Virus record (IMG/VR): IMGVR_UViG_3300025682_000004
Source of the DNA: a virus
Lineage: Duplodnaviria > Heunggongvirae > Uroviricota > Caudoviricetes
DNA length: 57,667 bases
Direction: 5' to 3' (one strand)
Shown here: piece after piece, positions 37,555-48,306 of the stretch
Layout: the number at the start of each line of letters is the position of its first letter
Position numbering within the stretch: position 1 is the stretch's first letter
The notes under the pieces: model-generated
The model's database searches: none
What the model was told of the DNA's origin: nothing
What the model saw: only the letters and a program-made list of their open reading frames with translations
Translations under genes and position numbers: made by a program

Positions 37555-37941
37555 TTATAATACAATTTCAAACCTATTTTTCATTTTTTCAATTGTTTCT
37601 TCTGGTACATCATGTATATTTTTTCCCTTATGCCTATTTTCAACAATAATAGTAAAAATATCATATCCATATATATTAGCAAGTTCAATATATGGTTGCA
37701 TTTCTTTTGTTGTTGTATTAGTATTGGCAATGATAATTTTTAATGCATTAATTTTCATAAATCTTTCGCATTTTTTAATACACCAAGCATGAGCATCATA
37801 TATTTTTTCTTTATCCCAACAATATTCTCCATTATGCATAAAATAATCATCAGCACTACAAATTGCTTTTCCAATTAGTTTGCTAAATGTAGTCTTACCT
37901 GAACCTGGCAAACCACGACATATAATTAATGTTTTTTTCAT
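37555..37941 (-). CDS. P-loop kinase (AAA_33/polynucleotide kinase-like)
   Basis: RGLPGSGKTT, SADDYF, NTNTT, NIHDVPEE. Confidence 0.85.
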   Translation of the reverse strand: MKKTLIICRGLPGSGKTTFSKLIGKAICSADDYFMHNGEYCWDKEKIYDAHAWCIKKCERFMKINALKIIIANTNTTTKEMQPYIELANIYGYDIFTIIVENRHKGKNIHDVPEETIEKMKNRFEIVL

Positions 37942-37950
37942 ATATTAAAT

Positions 37951-37976
37951 TACGAATTAAATTTTTAAATGTTACG
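37951..37976 (-). promoter_or_regulatory. ECF-sigma-type promoter (CGTAAC variant)
   Basis: CGTAAC-N16-CGTA on the minus strand. Confidence 0.65.
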
Positions 37977-38061
37977 AAAATTTTTATAAATTTAAAATAT
38001 TAATTTAATATTCACCAATTTTAAAATAAAAAAGGGATTTAATTCACATAATTTACTTTTT

Positions 38062-38415
38062 TTATTTATATTTAGCAAAATATATTTCATCAGGAAAAAA
38101 ACCCAAAACATATTTTGTAACATTGCACAACCAAACCTTTAAATTAATATTATTGTTCTTATATTTTTCAATAGTATAATCAGCACCATTAAACCAACAA
38201 TTTCTTTTCTTTTTTAATAAAGAAGCACCATCAAAATTTTCATAATGAATAAAAATTTCAACAGAATTTGAATGATTTGAAATAATATCCAATAGTTTAT
38301 CTGCACCACAAACCATTTGTAATGCAGATTTTTTACCCTTCCATTTAGGTAAATCAATATACCATTTACCATTAGATTCTTTATTAAACTTAAGTATTTT
38401 TACAAATTCATTCAT
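38062..38415 (-). CDS. DUF6717-like protein
   Basis: WYIDLP, MVCGADKLLD, WLC.VT.YV.G.FP..IYF. Confidence 0.65.
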   Translation of the reverse strand: MNEFVKILKFNKESNGKWYIDLPKWKGKKSALQMVCGADKLLDIISNHSNSVEIFIHYENFDGASLLKKKRNCWFNGADYTIEKYKNNNINLKVWLCNVTKYVLGFFPDEIYFAKYK

Positions 38416-38537
38416 TTTAAATTACCAAATAAAATTATTATAAAAAATATATTGACAATAATAGATGATATTGGTTTAAAAAATAATGATTAGAATATAT
38501 ACAAAATTTAATATTAATTTAAAATAAAAACAAATTT

Positions 38538-38849
38538 TTAATTTAATGTAATATTATCAAGTAAACCATTTTCATCATTTCTATGAATAATAAAATCTAC
38601 TTCATCATTTTTCACCAATTCATTGTAGAATTCGATTGTTTCTTCATCAGCAAGAATAAATTCTAAATCATCTACAACATCATTCAATTCATATTGAGAA
38701 TCATTTCTTAATTCATCCTTTAAATTTTCAAAATCATTTTCATTGGGTTCTTTCCACAAACCCAAAAAATGAACAACAGGTATTTTACCATCCTTTTCTA
38801 GTTTTGGGTTTAATACCAAAATACCGTGTGTAAAATTTTTTATTTTCAT
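38538..38849 (-). CDS. hypothetical protein
   Basis: 103 aa ORF. Confidence 0.6.
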   Translation of the reverse strand: MKIKNFTHGILVLNPKLEKDGKIPVVHFLGLWKEPNENDFENLKDELRNDSQYELNDVVDDLEFILADEETIEFYNELVKNDEVDFIIHRNDENGLLDNITLN

Positions 38850-38857
38850 ATTTTATT

Positions 38858-40267
38858 TTAATTAATTAAAACTGTTGCAGATATTGTTGGTCTTGTTAAT
38901 GCCACATATTTTATTTGATTTCGTTCTTTTAGTAACCAATTATCATTAATATCATTTTCCATAACAAAAACATGGGTATATGTACTTCCCTGTGATTTAT
39001 GACCAGTTATTGCATATCCATAATCTAAATCTTTTATAATTACATCATAACCACTTCTCTTATCACCATTCCTATATTCAGTAATTGTTTTCATTAGTAA
39101 ATTTTCACGTCTAAAATCATAATATTTAGACCAGAATTTTTTATTGGTTTTAGAAATATCTCGTAAAAAATCATGCATTTCTGCATATTTATGTAAATTA
39201 TCGTGATTATTGGAATCTATAATGAAAACATCTTGAAAATTAAACAATCCCTTACCCAATGTTTCTCTTAATTTAACACGATAACCCAAAATTTCATACC
39301 TATTTTCTTCCAGATTTGATTTACCAACAACATGATAATCTGCACTATTTTCAATAATATTATATTTTTGACTTTCATTGCTAATGCTACGATAACCCAT
39401 TATAATATCATTAACTTCAATAACATCACTTTTATCACCCAATAATTCTTTTCTAATTATTGAATTGGATTTCATTACAGTATCATTTTTCCATGCAATT
39501 ACCTTACAAAAATCCGTATCTTTTTTAAATTCATCATCTTTAAATTTTTCCAATATTAAATTTCTAAATTTACGTTTGTCTTTTAAAAAAACAATACCCT
39601 CACCATTATCATTTATATTACTTATTCTTTTAAAACCACCATCCAATTTATTTAAATTGTTTCTTAATGCATCATATACAAAAGTAATGGGATTGGTATC
39701 ATTTTGCCTTTCAATTTTACTTAAATGATGATAAGTTTTATCATCCATTTCTTGATTAAAAACAACGCTTTCCTTTTCACCAACAGGTGGTATTTGTGCG
39801 GGGTCACCAACAAACAATACTTTGGTTTTAGAATTTAAAACATTACTATGAATAAGTTTATATAATTCTTGATTAATCATTGATGCTTCATCTATAACAA
39901 CAAACGAAAAATCAGTTATTTTAGGTTCTGCAATTGGATTGAATTGCGGGTCATTTGGATTAAAATCATCCAAATTTACATCGGGTCTTAAACCAAGTAA
40001 ACTATGTAATGTTTGACCTCTTTTACCCGTAACATTGGCAATGACTTTTTTTGCTTTATGTGTTGGCGCACTAACAACAACATTACCATTATAATTATCT
40101 AATATTTTTTTTAATATTGTAGATTTACCAGTACCTGCATAACCAGATAAGGTAAAAAATAAATCACCATTCATTAACCAATGCTTTATTTTATTTAAAG
40201 CATCTGTTTGTTCATTATTGAATGTAATTAATTTACCATTGGGAAGTAATAATTGATTATCCTTCAC
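38858..40267 (-). CDS. dda: Dda/RecD-like SF1B DNA helicase
   Basis: GYAGTGKS, APTHKA, IDEASM, GDPAQIPPV, YAITGHKSQGST, YVALTR. Confidence 0.9.
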   Translation of the reverse strand: MKDNQLLLPNGKLITFNNEQTDALNKIKHWLMNGDLFFTLSGYAGTGKSTILKKILDNYNGNVVVSAPTHKAKKVIANVTGKRGQTLHSLLGLRPDVNLDDFNPNDPQFNPIAEPKITDFSFVVIDEASMINQELYKLIHSNVLNSKTKVLFVGDPAQIPPVGEKESVVFNQEMDDKTYHHLSKIERQNDTNPITFVYDALRNNLNKLDGGFKRISNINDNGEGIVFLKDKRKFRNLILEKFKDDEFKKDTDFCKVIAWKNDTVMKSNSIIRKELLGDKSDVIEVNDIIMGYRSISNESQKYNIIENSADYHVVGKSNLEENRYEILGYRVKLRETLGKGLFNFQDVFIIDSNNHDNLHKYAEMHDFLRDISKTNKKFWSKYYDFRRENLLMKTITEYRNGDKRSGYDVIIKDLDYGYAITGHKSQGSTYTHVFVMENDINDNWLLKERNQIKYVALTRPTISATVLIN

Positions 40268-40523
40268 GTATATTTCGTTTAATGATTAATAAAAGTTCTT
40301 TTAATTCATTTAAATTGGTAATTGCAATATTTTTTTCAAATTCAAAGAATGATATGGTATAATTACCATCATTTTCATCCGAAGCATCGCTTATAAATAA
40401 ACAATTATCACCAATATCAAAAGTGTAAAAAGTAAATTCTTTATTACAACCAGATTCTTCTGGTGTTACTATATTTTCCTCAAAACCTAAATTAATTAAA
40501 TCTAAACCCCTAATATTTTTCAT
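40257..40523 (-). CDS. hypothetical protein
   Basis: 88 aa ORF. Confidence 0.6.
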   Translation of the reverse strand: MKNIRGLDLINLGFEENIVTPEESGCNKEFTFYTFDIGDNCLFISDASDENDGNYTISFFEFEKNIAITNLNELKELLLIIKRNIREG

Positions 40524-40576
40524 AAATATTCTATTTTAAGAAACAAAAATATTAAATTTATTTATTAAAAACAAAT

Positions 40577-41050
40577 CTAAGTTTTTAATAATTTCTTTTT
40601 TAAATTCCAAATTCTCATATTACCCAATCTAAGCAGTTTAAACTGTTCATCGTTTGTTAGTTTTCTAGCACCTTTTATTCTTTTTGATTTACGAATTAAT
40701 TTTACATAAATATGTTTTTTTGTATTATTTCCAACATATTCATCACACACAATCACACCAGCATTATTTGGTATTAAATTTTTACAATTATCATATATTT
40801 TTTGTGGTAATGCATAATAAAATTCACAAATTCTATTATCTATATCTATATGTTTATGTATTTTCTTAAAATCTGCTTTAAAATCAGATTTACTTATTTT
40901 AATTTCAACCTCAATAGCATATCCACTTTTTCTAACTATTAATAAATCACATTCATGTATATTAAATCCCCATGAAACGTTAGGAACTATTAAATTTTTT
41001 CTAAAATTAAAATATTTTGCAACAGCAAATTCAATATCAGATGTTTTCAA
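40577..41050 (-). CDS. PD-(D/E)XK nuclease (MmcB-like)
   Basis: ECDLL, EVEIKISKSDFKAD, FYYALP. Confidence 0.7.
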   Translation of the reverse strand: MKTSDIEFAVAKYFNFRKNLIVPNVSWGFNIHECDLLIVRKSGYAIEVEIKISKSDFKADFKKIHKHIDIDNRICEFYYALPQKIYDNCKNLIPNNAGVIVCDEYVGNNTKKHIYVKLIRKSKRIKGARKLTNDEQFKLLRLGNMRIWNLKKKLLKT

Positions 41051-41058
41051 AAATATAA

Positions 41059-41634
41059 TTATTTTTTATTATAGATTGATTTATACTTACTTTTCAATAA
41101 TTTAAGAGTTAAATATTTTCTTGTGTCGTTATGAAGTTTTTCATAATTTTTCTTTTTTAACTTAAAAATAGATTCCGCATAACAACCATCAAACACTTTA
41201 ACAGCATCCAATTTCCAATCACAATCTTCATTATTTGAATTATTTAATGTTTCAAATAGATAATTTAATGTAACTCTTAATATATCACTACCTGAAATAT
41301 ATTTTATTCTTCCTTTTGTCCATTGATTTCCACATTTATTACAATGATTAATTTCTTGTGTTTCAATATTATTTTCTATTTTATTTAAAGTAAAACCAAA
41401 AATAATTGTATTTGTAGTATTTGTTTTACCATAAACATATGAAATTTTATTTACAATATTTTCACAAGAACCACAATTAGGACATTTACTATCATGTTTT
41501 TTTTTAGTTTCTTTAAGTTCAATATATTCTTTTTGTGCAATACTATTACATCTACTTAATATTAATTTAATATCATCATCTATTATTTTTTTTTGTTTTT
41601 TATTTAATATATGTAATAATAAATTTAATTTCAT
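41059..41634 (-). CDS. zinc-ribbon protein
   Basis: CPNCGS...CNKCGNQW. Confidence 0.6.
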   Translation of the reverse strand: MKLNLLLHILNKKQKKIIDDDIKLILSRCNSIAQKEYIELKETKKKHDSKCPNCGSCENIVNKISYVYGKTNTTNTIIFGFTLNKIENNIETQEINHCNKCGNQWTKGRIKYISGSDILRVTLNYLFETLNNSNNEDCDWKLDAVKVFDGCYAESIFKLKKKNYEKLHNDTRKYLTLKLLKSKYKSIYNKK

Positions 41635-41644
41635 TTTACAAAAA

Positions 41645-41926
41645 TTAATTAAATTTTAAAGAATCCAAATATTCGTCTTCTGTTGTTTCAATCCATGTAA
41701 CAACATAAAATCTTTCTGTTTTTTCATCAACATGAACAACATAATGAAAAGCATAATATTTTCCATCGTCAGATGGATATATTAAATAACTTGAATATAT
41801 TGCAATATTACCATTTTTCAATTCATCAGATTTTCTAATTTCCTTTGCTTCATCATGAATATTTGAAGCAATTTCGTTAAAAATGAATTGTAGGTCTACA
41901 TTTTTTATGTTAGAATTAATATTCAT
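41645..41926 (-). CDS. hypothetical protein
   Basis: 93 aa ORF. Confidence 0.55.
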   Translation of the reverse strand: MNINSNIKNVDLQFIFNEIASNIHDEAKEIRKSDELKNGNIAIYSSYLIYPSDDGKYYAFHYVVHVDEKTERFYVVTWIETTEDEYLDSLKFN

Positions 41927-41956
41927 AGATTTTTATAATAAATACCAATAAACATG

Positions 41957-43915
41957 TTATTGATTTAAAAACTTTTTTAAAACTTTATCATAAGAATATA
42001 TGATTTTATCATTAACTTCTGATTTATTTAATATTATTCCATACTTTGAAAATATACTAATTATATCATCAGGAAAAATAGAATTTTTATCAATTGTTTG
42101 TTTAACTATTTCTTTATAGATATTTAAATTATCAATAATAATATTTTTACACCTTTCCTTTTCTTCTTTCAATATTTTTTCAATAATATCATTGGTTTTA
42201 TCAACATCATAATTATATTCAGACATCATTGTATGTTCTTTCATTTCAGTTGTTATTCTGGAAACATATTCATCCATACCATAACAACGAATATATTTAC
42301 CAACCATATTGGTTGCTACAGATATATCGCCAGATGAACCATTTGATTTAAATGAATCACCAAAAACAATTTCTTCTGCAACCAAACCACCAAACAGTAT
42401 TGCAATTTTATCTCTAATAAAAGATTTATTATCTATTGTTACGTGATTAATAATAAATCCATCACCAAGTCCCGTACTATTTATATTTATTTGCTTTGGT
42501 GGTGTTTTAAAAAGTATTGAATAAACCAAAGTATGTCCAATTTCGTGTACTATTGTTAACATTTTTTCGTCAACTGTTTTATTTATACGAATATTATCTA
42601 TTTCTAATTCAATTTCTTTTTCAATTTTATTATTATTAATTCTAATAAATAATTTATTGTTTTCACTCTCAATTTTTGTTTTAAAAACATCATTTAATAT
42701 TAAATAATATAGAAAATAGGGTAAATTATTTCCCAATAATGTATTAATAGTTGAAATTACTGGTCTAACACCTTGTGCTGGAAATACACCATTTCTATAA
42801 ATAATATCATAAATTTCATTAGATAATTCAATAATAATATTATGTTTGTCTTTAATTTCATCTAGTATTTTTTGAACATTATTCTTTATTATTTTTTTAT
42901 AACTCTTTTTATCTAAACAAGGGTATATTACATGATTATTACCAAATCTTGCTGTTTGTTCTGGTTTAAATTGTTTTAGTAATGCAGATTTAATATCAAT
43001 AATATTTATTCTTTTAGATAATTCATGATAAATATCCGCATCCATTTCAACATCATCAACATCATTGGACATATTAAATGCGTTATCAAGATTACCCGAA
43101 ATAAAAATTAATAACTTTTTATATGATTTACCTTCATTAATACCATTACTCTTTAATGCTTCTTCCAACAATTTAATACGTTCATTAACACTCATTTCCA
43201 TAATAGCACTTGTTGGAATTTTTAAATTTAATAGTTTTTTCATTCTATTGGCAGTCCAAACAGTGGTTTTATATTTATTTTGTTTCTCTTTGGGCTTTTC
43301 ACTTAATTCTTTTTTTACTTCATCCCAAAAAAAATAAGATTTTTTTTGTTTATTTTTTATTATTCCATTATCATTTTCTTCTGAATTATTTTCATTTTCA
43401 TACCAATAAAGTTCTTCCATTAGCATTTCCATTATTTTACTTTTTCTATTGGATTCGTTTTGAAACTTACCATCAGATAGTAACATCCAAACATCATTAA
43501 AAAATTTATTATCCAATAAATTACCATCTTCATCAACAGTTCTGAATCTTTGAATTTCATCCAATAGTAAAATGGATGGTTCTGATGAATCTACACCACT
43601 ATTTTCTAAATATGTTTCAATATTCGTTAAATATTCATTCTGAACATCCATTTGAATTTCAATGAATTTATCAGTAAAATTTAAATATTTAACAAGTGTT
43701 CTAACTAAATCTGTTTTACCAACACCAGTAATACCCCATAATGAAATAATTAATGGTCTGAATTGAAATTCAGGGGTTAAATACCATAAAGAAATATTAT
43801 TAATAACCTTATCAATTACATTATCAATACCAATAAATTTTTCTTTTAGTTTAGTTTTTACTATTTCAAGTTCTTTTGTTCTTTTTTTAATTCTTTCTAA
43901 AAATTCACTTTTCAT
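41957..43915 (-). CDS. AAA+ ATPase fused to a peptidase M41-like domain
   Basis: GITGVGKT, LLDEIQR; HEIGH, LFGGLVAEEIVFG, GSSGDI. Confidence 0.8.
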   Translation of the reverse strand: MKSEFLERIKKRTKELEIVKTKLKEKFIGIDNVIDKVINNISLWYLTPEFQFRPLIISLWGITGVGKTDLVRTLVKYLNFTDKFIEIQMDVQNEYLTNIETYLENSGVDSSEPSILLLDEIQRFRTVDEDGNLLDNKFFNDVWMLLSDGKFQNESNRKSKIMEMLMEELYWYENENNSEENDNGIIKNKQKKSYFFWDEVKKELSEKPKEKQNKYKTTVWTANRMKKLLNLKIPTSAIMEMSVNERIKLLEEALKSNGINEGKSYKKLLIFISGNLDNAFNMSNDVDDVEMDADIYHELSKRINIIDIKSALLKQFKPEQTARFGNNHVIYPCLDKKSYKKIIKNNVQKILDEIKDKHNIIIELSNEIYDIIYRNGVFPAQGVRPVISTINTLLGNNLPYFLYYLILNDVFKTKIESENNKLFIRINNNKIEKEIELEIDNIRINKTVDEKMLTIVHEIGHTLVYSILFKTPPKQININSTGLGDGFIINHVTIDNKSFIRDKIAILFGGLVAEEIVFGDSFKSNGSSGDISVATNMVGKYIRCYGMDEYVSRITTEMKEHTMMSEYNYDVDKTNDIIEKILKEEKERCKNIIIDNLNIYKEIVKQTIDKNSIFPDDIISIFSKYGIILNKSEVNDKIIYSYDKVLKKFLNQ

Positions 43916-43948
43916 ATATTTAAATTCGTTTAATGTTTATATTAAATT

Positions 43949-44956
43949 CTATTCCTTATTATCAATCAAAAATTTATTTGAAATTGCTTTAAAACTCAAT
44001 CTACCCTGATTTTTCAATTCATACTTAACAAAAACCAATCCTTCCCTTTCCGTCTGTGGATTTAATTTACTTTTACCAACGGCATATTCTAATATTTCTT
44101 CCATTGTGTTTGGTAATTTATAATTCCAATCAATAATAGGTACAGTTTGTAATTTCAATTCATTAATTAATTCACACATTTCTTCATAGGGTAAATATTC
44201 ATACCTATCAATATCAAAAATTCTAAAAAATCTAACCGTTTGACCCTTTAGTTTATATTTATTTTTTTGAATATTTTCACCAATAACTTCTCCTTGAAAT
44301 GCTAAATTCCGACCTAAATTTCTAAATTTATTTTTTAAATCATTTTCTTTTGCAAATTTCCACATTGTATTTGTTTCAGATTCAACATATTCCCATTTCC
44401 TACCACAAACACCAAAATCACCATTATTATAATAAAAAGAACAGGAAGAACCATCCAATTTTTCGGTTACAATAAAACTTTGACCACCATATGTTAATGG
44501 AATATCTGGTAATATTTGAATTCTATCTTCATCTGTTTTTTGAAAAAATGATGGTAATTTACCTTTAACTTCACCCGACAATTCAGCAGGTATTGGTGGT
44601 TCATATTTAATAATACCAAGTATTTCTGTTACATCATAACCAACAATATTTTTAGTTTTATGAATATATTCTTGAATTTCGTTTGGTAGTATTGCCAATG
44701 AAAAACAAATTCCTTGTGATATTTGACCCCTTAATTTAACTGTTCTAATTCTAAATTTTGAATTCCTTAAAAATTCGAATTCTGGTTTCTCTGGAAGTAT
44801 TGAATCAATCTGACAATATACAACTAAATCATTAACATTATATTCGCCTTTTTTTATAACAACATTCCAACCAAGAATACTTGCTAATTCAATTTTATCT
44901 GCACCATCAATAGGAGCAATTTTTGTAATTCGTTCAATTGTCGCTAATTTTCTCAT
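43949..44956 (-). CDS. ATP-dependent RNA ligase (Rnl2/DRB0094 family)
   Basis: MRKLAT, LRGQISQG, TEKLDGSS, QGE, REGLV, SFKAISN. Confidence 0.92.
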   Translation of the reverse strand: MRKLATIERITKIAPIDGADKIELASILGWNVVIKKGEYNVNDLVVYCQIDSILPEKPEFEFLRNSKFRIRTVKLRGQISQGICFSLAILPNEIQEYIHKTKNIVGYDVTEILGIIKYEPPIPAELSGEVKGKLPSFFQKTDEDRIQILPDIPLTYGGQSFIVTEKLDGSSCSFYYNNGDFGVCGRKWEYVESETNTMWKFAKENDLKNKFRNLGRNLAFQGEVIGENIQKNKYKLKGQTVRFFRIFDIDRYEYLPYEEMCELINELKLQTVPIIDWNYKLPNTMEEILEYAVGKSKLNPQTEREGLVFVKYELKNQGRLSFKAISNKFLIDNKE

Positions 44957-44978
44957 AATATTTAGATTTTTTAAAATT

Positions 44979-45004
44979 TACGAAAAAAAAATAAAATTGT
45001 TACA
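44979..45004 (-). promoter_or_regulatory. ECF-sigma-type promoter
   Basis: TGTAAC-N16-CGTA on the minus strand. Confidence 0.75.
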
Positions 45005-45078
45005 AAATTAATAATAAAAAAACAATAAACCAAATCCAATACATAAAATCTTGATTATAAAAAAAAATATTTATATAT

Positions 45079-45630
45079 TTGCCCAAAATAAAAAAAGATA
45101 TGAAACGATTTTTAATTAAAATATTTCTATTTTTTATATTATTTTTTTCCTTTATTAAAATATCAGAAAATATAACATTTAAAATAGATGAACGATATAT
45201 TCTAATCTATGATAATGTTTGGGGAAGTATCTATAATCCTGTTATTGAACAATGTAATAATAATCCAACAATTACGGGTGATGGTTCAAAAATTAATATA
45301 GAAAAAGCAAGTGAACTTCGTTGGGTTGCAATTAGTCAAGATATGCTATATTGTATATATAGACAAAAATTAATTAATGATTCTACTGATAATAGATATA
45401 AAGGTAAAATTAAATATGGTGATACTATATGGATTGACAGTCCATATAATAATATTAATGGTATTTGGATTGTTCATGACACAAAAAATAAAAGATATTC
45501 AGGGAGTATTGATTTTTTACAAACACTAAATGATGGTAGTTTATATGACAACAACCCTCTTTGGTCTGGTAAATTTGAAAATATTAAAATATATAAATAT
45601 AATAAAAATTTAATAAATAATTTATCGTAA
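45079..45630 (+). CDS. 3D-domain-like secreted protein
   Basis: N-terminal hydrophobic helix; ITGDG, WVAISQD, YGDTI, VHDT, IDFL. Confidence 0.6.
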   Translation: MPKIKKDMKRFLIKIFLFFILFFSFIKISENITFKIDERYILIYDNVWGSIYNPVIEQCNNNPTITGDGSKINIEKASELRWVAISQDMLYCIYRQKLINDSTDNRYKGKIKYGDTIWIDSPYNNINGIWIVHDTKNKRYSGSIDFLQTLNDGSLYDNNPLWSGKFENIKIYKYNKNLINNLS

Positions 45631-46187
45631 TGGAAAATAAATCTTATGGTCATTTAATGATTGATTTAGAAACAATGGGAAATGTTAAAAATTCAGCAAT
45701 TGTATCAATTGGTGCTGTTGAATTTAATATTGAAAATGGTGATATTGGTGAAGAATTTTATGCCGTTGTTAATTTACAATCATGTTTGGATAAAGGAATG
45801 GTTGTTAATGGCGATACAATATATTGGTGGTTAAATCAAGATAAAAAATCCATAAATGAAATATTAAAAGAAAATTTTAATATTGATTTGGTTCTCGAAT
45901 CATTCACAAGATTTTTTGATAATTTAAATTATCAAAATTTACAAATTTGGTCAAATGGTAAATATTTTGATTTACCAATATTAGAAAATGCATTCAATTT
46001 ATGTGGTTTAAAAAAACCTTGGAAATATTCAAATGAACGTGATGTTAGAACATTATTATCATTATATCCTGATGTAAAAAATCTTGAATATTGTCCTAAT
46101 GTCATTAAACATCATCCTATTGATGATTGTAAACATCAAATTAGAGAATGTAGTAAAGTTTGGAAATACATAATGAATAAAATATAG
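45630..46187 (+). CDS. DEDD 3'-5' exonuclease (exonuclease VIII-like)
   Basis: MIDLETMG, SIGAV, WSNG..FD, RDVRT, HHPIDD. Confidence 0.88.
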   Translation: MENKSYGHLMIDLETMGNVKNSAIVSIGAVEFNIENGDIGEEFYAVVNLQSCLDKGMVVNGDTIYWWLNQDKKSINEILKENFNIDLVLESFTRFFDNLNYQNLQIWSNGKYFDLPILENAFNLCGLKKPWKYSNERDVRTLLSLYPDVKNLEYCPNVIKHHPIDDCKHQIRECSKVWKYIMNKI

Positions 46188-46213
46188 TTTGATAATATAA
46201 AATATTGTTTAAT

Positions 46214-46471
46214 ATGAATGATATAATAAAATTTTTAGGTTTAATTCCAATTATAATCTACTATTTATTGGAATCCTTTTTATTTGCAATTTTTACAAAT
46301 TTTACATGGAAATTTTTTCTATTTGATTTGTTTAAAATTGAAATTAAATATATGCAATGGGTTGGAATAATTTGGATTGTAAAATTATTATATTTTAATG
46401 TGTTTGCACTAATACCAATTGCAAATAATCTAAAAAAAGAAAATAAAGAAACTAATAATGAAGCAAAATGA
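46214..46471 (+). CDS. small membrane protein
   Basis: Two hydrophobic segments. Confidence 0.55.
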   Translation: MNDIIKFLGLIPIIIYYLLESFLFAIFTNFTWKFFLFDLFKIEIKYMQWVGIIWIVKLLYFNVFALIPIANNLKKENKETNNEAK

Positions 46472-46692
46472 AATACATAAAAAAATCACCAAGAATAACA
46501 GTTAAGGTATATGATAATGATACTGAAGAATTATTAATTACAACAACCGACAGAAATTGGATGAATTTAGGTGAAATTTTTACACAACACCATATAACCA
46601 AATTAGTTGTTGATTCATTAAATAAAAGAAAAAAAGCAATACCATCTAATATACTGGTTATGGTTGCCGAAGAATTTTCATTGGAAGAATAA
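46468..46692 (+). CDS. hypothetical protein
   Basis: 74 aa, ATGA-coupled to the previous gene. Confidence 0.6.
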   Translation: MKYIKKSPRITVKVYDNDTEELLITTTDRNWMNLGEIFTQHHITKLVVDSLNKRKKAIPSNILVMVAEEFSLEE

Positions 46693-46702
46693 TTTAATTA
46701 TT

Positions 46703-46728
46703 TGTAACATTTTTTAAAAAATATCGTA
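46703..46728 (+). promoter_or_regulatory. ECF-sigma-type promoter
   Basis: TGTAAC-N16-CGTA. Confidence 0.75.
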
Positions 46729-46757
46729 TTATCCATAAAAATATATTATAAAATAAA

Positions 46758-47483
46758 ATGAAAGATAATATTAAATTATGGAATGATATTACATTCAAAA
46801 CAGTATGTTATCAAAAAAATCATGATTTTATTAATGATAACGATAATATAATAACTGAATGTGATGGGGAAATATTAAAATTAAGAATCGAAGAAAAAAA
46901 CAAACCCGAATTAATTGGTGAATATAATTTTTCAATATGGAATATTAAATTATGTAAAGACTTAAATATTTCCATTAATGAATTAATTAATTTTTATGAT
47001 TTTGAAGATTCATATGGTGAATTAAAAAAAGAATTAAATAATAAATCAATAAGTTTAAATAATTATGAGAGATTTATTATTATACATTCTTTAATTCTTA
47101 AAGAAGAATATAGAAAGAAAGACGTTACCAAAGAATTTATGGAAATGATTTATAGGAATTATTATAGTAACAATACATTAATTTTAGGATTGGTAAAACC
47201 AATACAATACAATAAAATCGACCATTTTTTCTATTTAAATCATAAAACAATATACATAAACAAAAATAAATCTAATGAAATTAAATTTAATGCCTTTAAA
47301 TATTATAATTTATCTAAATTTGATAATAATTTAGATTTTGAAAAAAATATATATAAACTTTTTTCTTTAGCAAAAAAAACTGATTTTGAAAGAATTAATG
47401 ATTCCTTTCTTTTTAAATTTACTCCATTAAATATTCTTAAAAGGATAAATGAGAAGAAAAAAAATAAAACAATTTCTGAATAA
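46758..47483 (+). CDS. hypothetical protein, possibly GNAT-fold
   Basis: IIHSLILKEEYRKKDV resembles GNAT motif A. Confidence 0.45.
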   Translation: MKDNIKLWNDITFKTVCYQKNHDFINDNDNIITECDGEILKLRIEEKNKPELIGEYNFSIWNIKLCKDLNISINELINFYDFEDSYGELKKELNNKSISLNNYERFIIIHSLILKEEYRKKDVTKEFMEMIYRNYYSNNTLILGLVKPIQYNKIDHFFYLNHKTIYINKNKSNEIKFNAFKYYNLSKFDNNLDFEKNIYKLFSLAKKTDFERINDSFLFKFTPLNILKRINEKKKNKTISE

Positions 47484-47717
47484 TAAAAATTTAAAACTAT
47501 TTATATCTAAATATGATTAATAAATTATACATAAAAAAAATAAAACCAAAAAAAAAATGTTTCTTTCGTTATTCCTACAATAACAAAAAAACACCCAGAA
47601 TATTAAAAAATCCTGGGAATTTTAGTTTAATAGAGTTATTAATAATCAATAATATCATAAAAAACAACAACCTATTTAACTAATTATCAATAAAATAATC
47701 ATTAAAACTTAGTAATT

Positions 47718-48302
47718 ATGAAAAAATATAACTTAATATTAATATTATTAATTAATTTTATTTTTTTTACTAATTCAAGTTCTACAACAAATACAAACGA
47801 TAAAATTAATGTAAAAACAAATCCATATGAATTTGTTGATGATGTTATTTTTGGAAATTTTAACTTATTAGATTTTTATCCCGACCAATCGCCAATTAAA
47901 GACATTAATGCTAAAATAACGTCTGGTTTTGGATTAAGAATGCATCCAATTTATAAAAAAATAATATTTCACAAAGGTGTTGATATTGGTGTTAGAATAA
48001 ATACTAATGTTTATGCACCAATGAATGGTATTGTAACTAAAGTAGAAAAATCTAAAAATGGGTATGGTAATAATATAATAATAAAAAATTCTGCTGGTTT
48101 TGAAATATTATTAGGACATTTAAGCAAAAATATATATGTTTCTGAAACAGATATTGTATATAAAGGTCAATTAATTGCAAAAAGTGGAAATACTGGTATG
48201 TCAACAGGACCGCATTTACATTATGAAATTCATAAAAATAAGAGAATAGAAAATCCATTAAAATTTTTTCATCTTAATAATAATTTAATTGTAAAAAATT
48301 GA
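47718..48302 (+). CDS. M23 family peptidase
   Basis: Signal peptide; HKGVD, GYGN, GNTGMSTGPHLHYE. Confidence 0.93.
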   Translation: MKKYNLILILLINFIFFTNSSSTTNTNDKINVKTNPYEFVDDVIFGNFNLLDFYPDQSPIKDINAKITSGFGLRMHPIYKKIIFHKGVDIGVRINTNVYAPMNGIVTKVEKSKNGYGNNIIIKNSAGFEILLGHLSKNIYVSETDIVYKGQLIAKSGNTGMSTGPHLHYEIHKNKRIENPLKFFHLNNNLIVKN

Positions 48303-48306
48303 TAAT

